Of a stretch of DNA of 64,000 bases, positions 23,660 to 34,892 are shown one piece after another (within the stretch, counting starts at the first letter, position 1; each line of letters starts with the position of its first letter). Source of the DNA: Obrimoposthia wandeli. Taxonomy: Eukaryota. The position numbers and the translations under genes are program-made. The notes under the pieces were generated by a model. That model did not search any database. It was not told the origin of the DNA and saw nothing but the letters and a program-made list of their open reading frames with translations. The stretch lies in NCBI GenBank assembly GCA_977020255.1, contig CDROCS010001334.1, positions 248,001-312,000 of the forward strand, given 5' to 3'.

Positions 23660-25485
23660 CAAAAGGAAAATATATAGTGAAAGGCGACAACTGCCAGACG
23701 TCTCGATCCTCAACGTAAGTGCTTTCTTCTAAAAAATCAATTAGCCTAATTGATTTATTTGCAGGTTACATATAAAGGAAGAAGCAGGATTTCGACACAC
23801 AAAAGAAAGTGAATATTGAAATTCCAAAGGAGAAAGTATCGAATTACATAAAGAAAGTGAATATTGAAATTCTAAAGGAGGAAGTATCAATATACACAAA
23901 AGTGAACGTTGAAATTAAAAAAAACGGAATTCGATTCCGAAATTGTCAACCGGATTCCGCACAAGAGATGGAGAGGTAACTAAATATTAAAGTCGCGGCA
24001 TTGTTAATTCAAGCTAATTGCTCGGGACACAGAGAGAACGAATACCTACAGCTAAGACGAGTTCCGAAATACGTGAATACCAACACATCAGCGAGAAAGT
24101 CCAACCACTTTCGATAGACCCTTCAATTTAAAGTAAAATTGAAACGATTTAATTCATTTTTAAAGTAAAGATTGACGTTCGAAAGAAACGAATTAGTTCA
24201 TTTACAAAGTAAAGATTAACGTTCAAAAGAAACGATTTAGTTAATTTTTAAAGTAAAGATTAACGTTCAAAAGAAACGATTTAGTTCATTTGTAAAGTAA
24301 AGATTGACATTCGAATTGACTAATACGAAGCGATTTACATAAACAAAATTATCAGCCAATTAGAATCGAGCTTCAAAGGATAAACACTTGAATATTTGAA
24401 CTTTTAATTGTAAATATGAATTTCGAGAATCCGAATTTGGAAAAGCTATATCAGCCTATGCATAAATACCATGGATATGATATGCATTTTTTGAAGAAAT
24501 GTCACAAATATAATTTTATTTTTCCTGTCAACATAGAGCCGATTAGATTTGATTTTCAGGTATCAAATTTGACTTCAGTGGTTAAAGAGAGAATCAATAT
24601 TCTCTTCAAGCAATTCGGAATCAAATATGAGCTTCAGGAAAACAAAATCATAATCCAGGGGCAAAATGCCACTTTCAAGCATGAGAATGGAACAATATTC
24701 GATGGACCTCCTCCTAGATTAGAATGGATTCTCGAAATCAGAATTCAAGGATACAAGATCGGACCCTCTGGATTGATAACACCTATATGGAAAATAATTG
24801 AAGCAGTTATAGTTGATTAATAAATTTTTATGTATATCTTTGTTTTCTTCTCCTTTATAAACATTAATAATACTTTAATACTTTATAAGAAAAGGAGTGA
24901 AAAAGCTACTACTACTAAATCAATAAAGACTAAAAAGGGTAAATGTATTCTTTTTATGATAGATAATATTTTAAGTATATGATTTGGTGGGGTTAATACT
25001 AGTGCTATAAAATTGAAAAAGAATATGGATTATATTGCAGGTGTACAAAAGGGGAATGGTATACTTGATATGTTTGTAGGGATACATAAAGCATTCACTG
25101 CAATTCAAAATAATCCTAGCGCATATCTTGGTTCAAAGTTTTACACTAAACAAACCGGCTTCGCTAAATAAAAAACATGAAATTAGCACTTGGTATATAA
25201 ATTTTATGTTTTTCTAAATTTAACGTTTTTTGAAATTTTAAGTTTTTTGAAATTTTAAGTTTTTTTTAAATTAAAGTTTTTGAAATTTAAGGTTTTTGAA
25301 AATTTAAACAAAAATTATTTTTAAAAAAATATTTTGAAAATCTCATAAAAATAATTTTTGACTTTGAAAACTTGAATTTGGCGTGCACAAATATTGATGC
25401 GTTTAAACAAAAATGACCTTGACGCGTTTAAACAAAAGAATGACCTTAAATTTCCTTGAAGTAACTTTAAAATGACCTTGACGTA
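23660..25485 (+). mobile_element. Second Polinton-like fragment
   Basis: Carries the homolog of ORF 10306, a 50-nt intron-like segment (~23715-23764), ~51-bp tandem repeats (24130-24320), a QKGNGIL-containing ORF remnant (24983-25171), AT-rich subterminal repeats and TGACCTTG motifs like the 14600 end. Boundaries approximate. Confidence 0.45.
24416..24820 (+). CDS. Orphan protein (134 aa), homologous to 10306-10833
   Basis: Uninterrupted ORF with AATAAA overlapping the stop; shared motifs with ORF 10306. Confidence 0.7.
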   Translation: MNFENPNLEKLYQPMHKYHGYDMHFLKKCHKYNFIFPVNIEPIRFDFQVSNLTSVVKERINILFKQFGIKYELQENKIIIQGQNATFKHENGTIFDGPPPRLEWILEIRIQGYKIGPSGLITPIWKIIEAVIVD

Positions 25486-25493
25486 CTCGGGAG

Positions 25494-25565
25494 AATTGGT
25501 TGTCATGGGAACACACACACGGCGTCTATTGGTTGACATGGCAAGCAACACGTTTCCATGGCAAC
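25494..25565. promoter_or_regulatory. Cluster of RFX X-box-like palindromes
   Basis: GTTGTCATGGGAAC (25499), GTTGACATGGCAAG (25532), GTTTCCATGGCAAC (25552); the first two overlap ATTGG. Confidence 0.45.
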
Positions 25566-28500
25566 GCCAACGTACTCGGTCGATGATCAAGACAAACACT
25601 GAGCACCACACGTAATCTGTAACTACAGCTGCTAAACTCTTGCAAGTTGATATAAAGATCCCTGTGTTTTGGTATACCCTGTATCTGGCATGAGTCCCTA
25701 GACCATCTCCCTGACATTTACTTTTCAATTAATTAATGATAATTATTGTGAAAAGTTATAAATACATTTAATTCCGCGATTGATGGGAAATGATAGTATG
25801 AACAGTTATATGAACCGGTATTATGATAGTTCAAGTCCATTATTACAAAACGCCAGAAAAATTTAGTAAGAAACTTTCGGAATGATAGAAAATTAGAGTT
25901 TTCTTAAATTTCTATATACTTTAGGGATGAGTCTAAAACTCGAAACTGTCGAGTATATCTCTTTGAAAGTTTATATATATAAAAAAGGTAATTTTAGCTG
26001 TTTTGTTAAAACTGTATCAAGTAAAAATTTCAAATTCGGCAAGGTATATTATAACTCGGGGAATAATTGAAAATAGTAAATGATATTCATATGAATCATT
26101 CTAAATAAAACTTACAAATATATTACTTTATATATAATAAATACACTTTGTAAATAACATGTATCAAAAATACAAAGACTACATGCATTTATAGTTAAAA
26201 GTTAAAAATTACCAAGCGTCTATAAAATGACTGTCAGTCACCGGAGGCTTAGCACGGCTAATTAAATGTCGGTCATCTCACGGATGTTGCTATTTTTAAT
26301 TCTGGAAAACTCCAATCGCTCGTGTCTGGCAGTTTGGTTAGCTAATTAACAAAATCACTAATTGCCTGGAACAGTTAAAATATAATTATAAAAAGTTATT
26401 TATTTGCACTTTAAAACCTATTCATCCAATAACATTAAATTAAGATTAGTAATATATTAATTGTTAATATATGGTAAAAGCATTTTAGTAATTCACTAAA
26501 AGTTAAATTAAAGAAAATAATTGGTTAATAGTAATATTAATATTACATACTGCCACCAATAAGCCTTCAAAAGAAAAAGACCGTATTAGGAATTCCCAAT
26601 TGCACTTTTAAACCCTTATAAAATAATATTTTCTCCACATTTAAACACAGTTTTCATATTTTATTTTGACCTGATTTGTGATTTAACCCTTCTTGTACAA
26701 ATTTATGAGTATAGTTGCAGTATTTTAGTTTTATTTACAGTGTATGTATCGGTGCCAAAGATATATCATACGAAACAGAATTTTTTAAAGGAGTAAAATG
26801 AAGATTCTGCAATTATTGCAACACATATTTCCTATACAGGCAACCTCATAAATTTTTTCAACGTAGTTATCCAGAAAAATAAAACAATTAATTTTATTTA
26901 ATCATTTCCTATTTTAGTTTTATCTCTAAAAAACTTAGCAAGAAATGCTTAAAACTTTAGAATTTTTAAATTATAAATAAATCTGAAGAATATTCTTCAT
27001 ATATAAATAACTTGATGATTGAAAATATACGTATTTGATTCTCAAAAAATCAAGCTTGAAATCCCAAATAAGCAAAACATAAAACTGACAAAATGAATTC
27101 CAAGACTGAACGTAGAAATTTAGAAATAATAAAGAATTTATGAGTAGCAAAATCTTGAAAAAGAAAGAAATCAGAGCATGTATGAAATTAATCGAAGTAT
27201 CATATTTAAACTAATTAAGATAAACCATCATATACTCCAACTAATAGATCTGGGAAACGTTGGAATCTGAATTTCATATTCAGAAACCAATAAAAAATTA
27301 ATAAAACCAATAAAAAATATATACGTTAATGAAACTAGAGATAAAATTCCTCAAAGTTGTAAATTATCTTATAATAAATAAGATATATTATTTTAAAATT
27401 ATTTAGTAAAGAAGCAATAAAACTTAATGAAAGAATTTTAACTGTAGTAAGAGAATTAGATTTTTTCCGTTGATAAAAAATTATTCCGATATACAAAAAG
27501 AATTTTAAATTCAAAATTTTAAGCAGGATATGTTATTAAATTTACATAGATATGGTAGAATTTTATATGATTTAGTTTAGATTCAATGATAGTGCAAACA
27601 CATGACTCAACAATATATTTCCAAATCTTCTGAAATAATAGTCCCTCGGTCATCTACAATGCCCATGAAATAGAGTTCTAGAGAAACTCCAAATAGAAGA
27701 TTAATTTACTCCTATAAACAGTTGAGTGGTTCAAATATATTAATGGGTTGTTTTATTGTGCTGTGATGCGTCAACATGATAGAATATAATAAACTTTGCT
27801 TACTCATGATTGGAACTTGGAATTGGACACGAGCACCCCAGAACCTTGGGCCACTGATACAACCACTTCATCAGTAGCAATCATGCAGCTCAAACCTCAG
27901 AAAATCATACACCTAGCGCTGAAAATAACTGAGAAAAAAAACAAGAAGCAAAAGCGCTTCTCTGGGCTATTTGGATGGTAGCACCAGAATCAACAATCCT
28001 CAGCAATAATCTAGGCCTAGTCTGAACAACACTGCTCAAGAGAATACCAATAAAGATGGATGACTGGTGGATCCTCATATCCATTCAATTACTGATAACA
28101 TCCAAAAGAATACATGTACAATTCATCCTCTCGGAACAGATTCCAGCAGACAAGCCCTCGCAGGATGTACTGGGACCACAGTATCAAGAAGAAGATTGGG
28201 CAATATATTTTCAGACTATGACATACCTTGATACACTTGAACAGTAAAATTCCACTTGGAATAATATTTTATGTCTATTTTCCGTCAAGTTTTTATTGCT
28301 CGTTCTGTGTCTCATCGGTCACATCACCTACTGCCTACCATTGACAATTCCAGGCGTGATGTGATTGGTGAGAGTTTTGTATATATTGAGTTGGCCAAAT
28401 ACAAGTTTAACAATCTAATATAACTTATTTATATTCAAAAGATTTTTAAGGGATCCTCATGCACCAAATCATATAAAAGTACAACTTAAATATAACTTTA

Positions 28501-29618
28501 TTTGAGTTAGGTAAGGAATTCGTAAGTAAGAATAATAATAAACAAATTTAGTTGATTTAATATATATAACTGATCTGAAAATAATTTTTTTTAATTAAAA
28601 TTTTAAAACGGAATCAAATCATAATTTTCGAAAGTGCAAATAGAAATACGACCTTCAAGTTGTTTAGTTAACTATTGTAAAAATTAATATAAATGTAATG
28701 GCTTATTCGACGAGTTACAAGGACAAGTTAAGTCGATTACAAGCGAGAAACCAATTTATCAGTGGCGACTGATAGTTCAGCACGATTCACTATCAACTGA
28801 AGGCTACCATATATCTGCAGTACCTACTGACAATTGAACAGGTGATGTAGACTCGCATGTATCGACAAAAATATTTACGAAGTATAAAAATTTCTTTACG
28901 ACTAACATTTATGTATTTGAGCATGTTTCACATACTAAAATATATCAATAATGTACATCAATTCAATTACTATTATAAAACTGATGAACTACCATTGTGC
29001 TGAAAGCAAAAAAAGTGTAAATGCAAATCATCTCAATGGTACAACCAAAGTCACTATACTAGTCAGGATGTAAGGGTTGATAGCAAGATAAGTAAGGCAA
29101 ATAAATCGGATAGAAAACATGGACATTGTGTTGGAATGGTGTAGTCACCGTTATCGATTCGTTGCATCTGAAAAGTCTTCATATATTGCGGTGTGGTCCT
29201 CGGATTTTCCAGACAAAGTGCGAGACTTCACTCGATTTTGTTGATCTATGCGTATTCAATTCGATTTAAGTACCTCAATGCAAAAAAAGTCTAATAGCTT
29301 TAAAAGGAAATATTGAAAGACTTTCATAAATAAAATATAGTGACGTTCAAAAATACATATTTTATTGAATATAGAGTTTAATTTTAAGTTCTAATAACTA
29401 AAGTAAAAGTCAAAATAATTTTCAAGAAAACATCAGGTGATATCAGCTATCAGACATTGTCTTTAAATCTAATCTTATATTGAATCAAAAAATCATCTTT
29501 CAATAATTTTAGAAGTGGCTTTTGATGGCGAGTTTGATTTGTGAGCAGAAAGGACCTTTGTAAGGTCGTTCGACGATTCTCTTGGAAAAGAGAGCCTCGA
29601 CACATACATTGATGTGTG

Positions 29619-30420
29619 CTAATTCGATTTCATCTGTGATTCTGCGCTTGGGTTGTCGTGAGGCTTTGATGTTTGCGTAAGGTGCATAACCGTTGACTTC
29701 GAAAGAGAATATCTGGGCGTCGAGATCGACGCTGTCCCCGTCATTTTCCAGTACTGTGAAACAACCCTCTGGCAGACTACGTCGATAGGCTTGGCTTCCA
29801 CCAGCGTCGGTTGATGCGGTTTCTTGGATATCTCTCTTTTGTCCGTGTGAAAAAAATCCAAACGTTTAAATCATTAAAATAGGCCAGCAAAGTGCTTTGA
29901 GAACTGTCAGTTGGTGCTTCGCTGATAGGTGATAATTGTGTGACATATGGAATGTAACTTTGGTGTTGTCTGAAATATTCTTCGATCATACCGGCATTAA
30001 GGATAAGCAAAGGCAGTTTTTTGTACACATCGGCGGACATGATTGTTATTAACATGTAATCTTTCCATCATTGGAGGTATGCCGGATTTATGTAGGACGC
30101 CAGCGCCTATAGAAATTGGCGCGCGTCTATAGCCTCTGCGCGTGTTGAAACCACGATCTGGAAACTTTCCTTTATTGCGGTAGTCGACGCAATTCGAATT
30201 TGTTTATATCTTCCGCTGATAAGTCATTAATTCGCGTGAGGTTAGATATTTTTGCTTCTGCGGCTGTCCATCCAACTCTTGTTGTACTGTACAGCATTCC
30301 AATTCTTGTGGAAATCTGCAGCTGAGCAGCTTCAAGGAGTACATATCCGATGTATTTGCTGAGTTTGTACAGGTCCTCTGTATCATGTAACGATCTTTTT
30401 TGTTTTGATTATGACTGATA
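29619..30420 (-). pseudogene. Degenerate intronless ORF of unknown origin
   Basis: GC-richer stretch whose coding-like frames link across stops and frameshifts (LHDTEDLYKLSKYIG...; ALASYINPAY...; VVSQYWKMTG...PHDNPSAE). Confidence 0.4.
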
Positions 30421-30637
30421 TTTTTCAGCAAAAAAATTTAAAATTTAAAGAAAATTATGTTTTAAAAAGAAATTGATTTTTCCCTTTCTGTCCATTTTTC
30501 CGGTTGTCTGGAGACAGAGTGGATTTCGCGATGTGTATGGCGAATTAATGCAGTTTCCCCAGTACCTACATACGGGGAAGAATATAGTATCTTCGCGCAT
30601 GAAACATTACACACAACAAAACAAAAATATTAATATA

Positions 30638-32324
30638 TGTTAGAATTAGGAAAAATAAAAAATTGAAAATAAAATTCTAACTATTTATATTAAAAAATCC
30701 AACTTTATAATCAAGGTTAAAAGTAAATTTAATATTAACAAATTAAAAATAAAATGTTTTTTTTTTAATTAAAAATAATTTATGACCTTGAAGAGGTAAT
30801 AAGTGAGTGCATATTACGGTGCATATAAGTGAGTTTAAGAGGTGGTATAGGGCAAGAAATCCCCACAAATTAATTAAGAATAAACCGAGAAAAAATAAAT
30901 TAAGAATATTGTAAATTGCGAAGAAATTGAAATTGATCCTTACCAAAGAAGCCACGCTGAGAAGAATCCCAGCTGTCTACAAGTAATTTTGCCTAAGAGA
31001 AATTAGAGTGGATTTCACTATCTCTTACTTTCCAGAAACGAATCTAATCTCGCTGGGAACAAAACCAGCCAGCAGAAAATCAACGACAGAGATAAGTGAT
31101 GTCTGAGGATCCCTGCGAACTAGCTATCCAGACTCACGGTAAGTAGCACTTAGCGTAAATTGAATTAAAGTAATTGTTGTTTTCAGGAAAGCTATATAAA
31201 CAAATTTCTTAGAGAAATTTGTAGAAGTGAAAGACAAAATTATAAAAATTACTGGAAACAAATAAATCATCGATTTCTGAATTATTTGAACAAAACTAAG
31301 TCACGGAATTAACAAGATAAATCATCCAATTCAATCCAAGAATAAATCAAACCAAGATCACCAGAGGTGAGAGTAGGATCTACTAAAAAACGGAAGGAAC
31401 CGTCGTCTACAAGTTACAAGTCGTTAATACCAATTGTCCAAGACGAACGCCGGACAACAGGAGTAAGCAACCAGAGGAAACCGCCCAGAATTGGACGGGA
31501 TAACCTAGAATGAGGACAACCAGGACGCCTGCAATTCGACTTGGAAGAAAAGGTGAAAGAGCGATTTGAATTTCAAATTTTGAGTTCTGAGTATTGAAGT
31601 GTTATTGAAATAAAAAACGTATAGTAATTTGAATTTCGAATAATTGAAGCTTTATTATAATCAAGTTATTGTAATCAAGAAGTAATTTAAAAACGTATAG
31701 TAATTTGAATTTAGAATATTTGAAGTGTTATTGTAATTAAGAAGTAATTTTAAACGGATAGTAATTGGAATTTTGAGTTAGGATTTTAATCTGGAATTGG
31801 AAATAAAAGTTGTTTACCAAGAGAAAGAACTTTATAAAATAAGTTGACTAGATAAGGGAAGTTCATTTGACGGTCAGTAACTATTAAGAAAAATTGAACG
31901 TTCCATTTACTAGGTAAACATATTAAAATCAATACATTAGGCTAAGGTCATCCTTGTTTACCGTGTGTTGAAGCGAGTGTAATAAGACAAATTGTTGTCA
32001 ACTGTAGAACCCTTTTTAGCAAAGTGTGAATATAATATAGTGTTTTCCTACAAATCAAGTAGAGTTAATTCAGTTAATCCAATATAGGAATACCTAAATA
32101 CGAATCCCTTTACACACGACACTACATTAGCAGAAACCCCTTTTTTGGAGTATTGTGAACACAACTCTTCATACTTCCCGCAACACATTATCACAAAAAA
32201 ACTTCAGAACTGAGACTAAGTGAAATAAACTCAAAGATAGGTCAAATACATATGTAAGCCCTATTGCTACAGAACTCACGTTGGGGGCCTCCGTAAGAGG
32301 ATCTAGTTTCAAATAGAAACCCCA

Positions 32325-32327
<3 letters not shown>
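30638..32327 (+). mobile_element. Solo LTR, 1690 bp, TSD TATA
   Basis: TGTTAGAATTAGG...CCCCAGCA flanked by TATA; same 3' module as the other LTRs; short internal array ~31580-31790. Confidence 0.75.
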
Positions 32328-32371
<44 letters not shown>

Positions 32372-32374
<3 letters not shown>

Positions 32375-32585
32375 TCAGACCTCTACATAACGAACACTCT
32401 ACATAACGAACACTTTTTTTTAACGAACGGTAAACCAAAATTCCCTGGATTTTTATTGCTTTTTATTGGTTAGGAAAAAATAAATACATGTCTTATTGTA
32501 AAAGTTTATTAAATTGTTCGTTCCTTTTTTTAACGAACATGGAATTTTTTGAAAAGTTGGTGTTCGTTATGTAGAGGTCTGACTG
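32372..32585. mobile_element. pogo/Tigger-like MITE, copy 1
   Basis: TIR CAGTCAGACCTCTACATAACGAACAC; sits in (TA)n. Confidence 0.88.
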
Positions 32586-32605
32586 TATATATATATATAT
32601 ATATA

Positions 32606-32809
32606 CAGTCAGACCTCTACATAACGAACACTCTACATAACGAACACTTTTTTTTTAACGAACGGTAAACCAAAATTCCCTGGATTTTTATTGCTTTTTT
32701 GAACTTTACATGGATTTATAAATAAAAGTTTATTAAATTGTTCGTTCCTTTTTTTAACGAACATGGAATTTTTTGAAAAGTTGGTGTTCGTTATGTAGAG
32801 GTCTGACTG
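32606..32809. mobile_element. pogo/Tigger-like MITE, copy 2
   Basis: Same TIRs; separated from copy 1 by (TA)10. Confidence 0.88.
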
Positions 32810-32914
32810 TATATATATATATATGATGCAACAAAAAATCATTATTATTATTATGTTAGATCAACACACCAAATAAATTTATAATTATTATTGCCAAAAG
32901 AAATTGATTATTAT

Positions 32915-34892
32915 TGTTAGGATTAGGTTTTGGTAAAATTAAATAATTAATCGAATTTATAGTAGAATAAAATCCTTGAAAACAAGGTCATAATTAAAAT
33001 AAAGTTTAGATTAGAAATTAAATTATTGAAAATTAAAATGGTAATTTAAATATTAAGGACCACGAAGGTCATGTATGATGTGTAAGTATATAAGGATTTT
33101 AAAAAGAATATTAAAGGCCCCACAAATAATAATCAGCGAAAAACAGAAGATATAAATTAAGATTAGAAAAAAAACAGAAGAAATCAATTAGGATCATTAT
33201 TCGCGAGAACAAGGCCAGAAATCCCTAGAAATCGGAGACATCGTAATCTCTTGTAGGACACACGCTGGGAGCCAAAACAGCCGACGCCACTCATTCCAGC
33301 TATGGAGCCATTAGAGCGTGGGAGCAAAGCCAGCTGTCAATCAATTCCGAGGTATGCACTTAAAATTAAGTGCAGGACTAATTGAACTTAATTTCAGAAG
33401 TTGGGATTCGTGCACAGTATGAGAAAAGGACAGCAGTTCGGCAATCGAGTCTCGGGAATATAAAAGAAGAAGTGAGACACAAAAACACACAAATTATAAT
33501 TTCGCAAGAAGGAAAAAAGGATTTCTCAACAAATTGCAGCGTCTATCGACAAGTCTCACCAGTGCATAACGATCGAGACCGGACGCCAAGCCGATCGAAA
33601 TTTGAGGTGAGAACCCAGATTAAAAACGAGCTCTCTGAAATACATACGTGCAGACCAGAACCAGAGGATCGAGTAGGACACCGTACCCATTGCACCGGAC
33701 AACCGTGGAGATATCAGACGTTTCCAAAATCAACGTAAGAGAGCCAGTAACTTTGAATAATTGTTTTTACGAAAGTATTGTAAAGATGTTTGAGGGAGTC
33801 AGTAACTTTGAATAATAACATTGAATAATTGTTTTTACGAAAGTATTGTAAAGAAGTTTGAGAGAGCCAGTAACTTTGAATAATAACTTTGAATAATTGT
33901 TTTTACGAAAGTATTGTAAGGAAGTTTGAGAGAGCCAGTAACCTTGAATAATAACTTTGAATAATTGTTTTTACGAAAGTATTGTAAAGAAGTTTGAGGG
34001 AGCCAGTAACTTTGAATAATAACATTGAATAATTGTTTTTACGAAAGTATTGTAAAGAAGTTTGAGAGAGCCAGTAACTTTGAATAATAACTTTGAATAA
34101 TTGTTTTTACGAAAGTATTGTAAGGAAGTTTGAGAGAGCCAGTAACTTTGAATAATTGTTTTTACGAAAGTATTGTAAAGAAGTTTGAGGGAGCCAGTAA
34201 CCTTGAATAATAACTTTGAATAATTGTTTTTACAAAAGTATTGTAAAGAAGTTTGAGGGAGCCAGTAACTTTGAATAATGACATTGAATAATTGTTTTTA
34301 CGAAAGTATTGTAAAGAAGTTTGAGAGAGCCAGTAACTTTGAATAATAACATTGAATAATTGTTTTTACGAAAGTATTGTAAAGAAGTTTGAGAGAGCCA
34401 GTAACTTTGAATAATAACATTGAATAATTATTTTTACGAATTTTGAGAAGAGTACCTTAAATTAAATTATATAATTCTGTTGAGTAAATTTAGAGCAACC
34501 AGCTCTCCCAGAAAACCTAGCACATTAGAGTAAAGACACTAGCGATCAACCAACCCTAACCTTAAAATCGATAGGTGGTTCATCCCCACTTGTGTAGAGA
34601 CTTACAGAAGTCTTAGGAATTCTATTGTAACTTTTTAGAACGTATTTAGACGTGTTAATTCGTGTGAGTTTAGTGTGCTTAGTAATAAACGATTTCCTAC
34701 AACTAGAAAGCGTTGTTCTAAACCCTTCAGATTAAGAAACAACAAACCTTCAGATAAGAATTGAGACAGGCAAGCATAACATTAAGTAGACCACAACCAT
34801 CTACAAGTCCTGCTTCTATAGAACTCACGTTGGGGCCCTCCACTAAAGAGGATCTATATTAGAATCAGTGTTTTCGTATAGAAACCCCAACA
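32915..34892 (+). mobile_element. Solo LTR, 1978 bp, TSD TTAT
   Basis: TGTTAGG...CCCAACA flanked by TTAT; 5' and 3' parts homologous to 15061-17351. Confidence 0.85.
33744..34440 (+). repeat. Minisatellite within the LTR, ~68-bp unit x ~10
   Basis: GAGAGCCAGTAACTTTGAATAAT...GAAAGTATTGTAAAGAAGTTT tandem units. Confidence 0.92.

Noticed and set aside
25783-25950. Candidate first coding exon downstream of the X-boxes
   Set aside because: The obvious splice (25866-25924) creates an in-frame TAG.
32169-32438. 89-aa ORF with a YIYIYI run
   Set aside because: Translation of the (TA)n microsatellite and element ends.
33382-33738. 118-aa ORF inside the LTR as gag or an accessory gene
   Set aside because: Non-ATG start, no motifs, and not conserved as an ORF in the homologous LTR at 15061.
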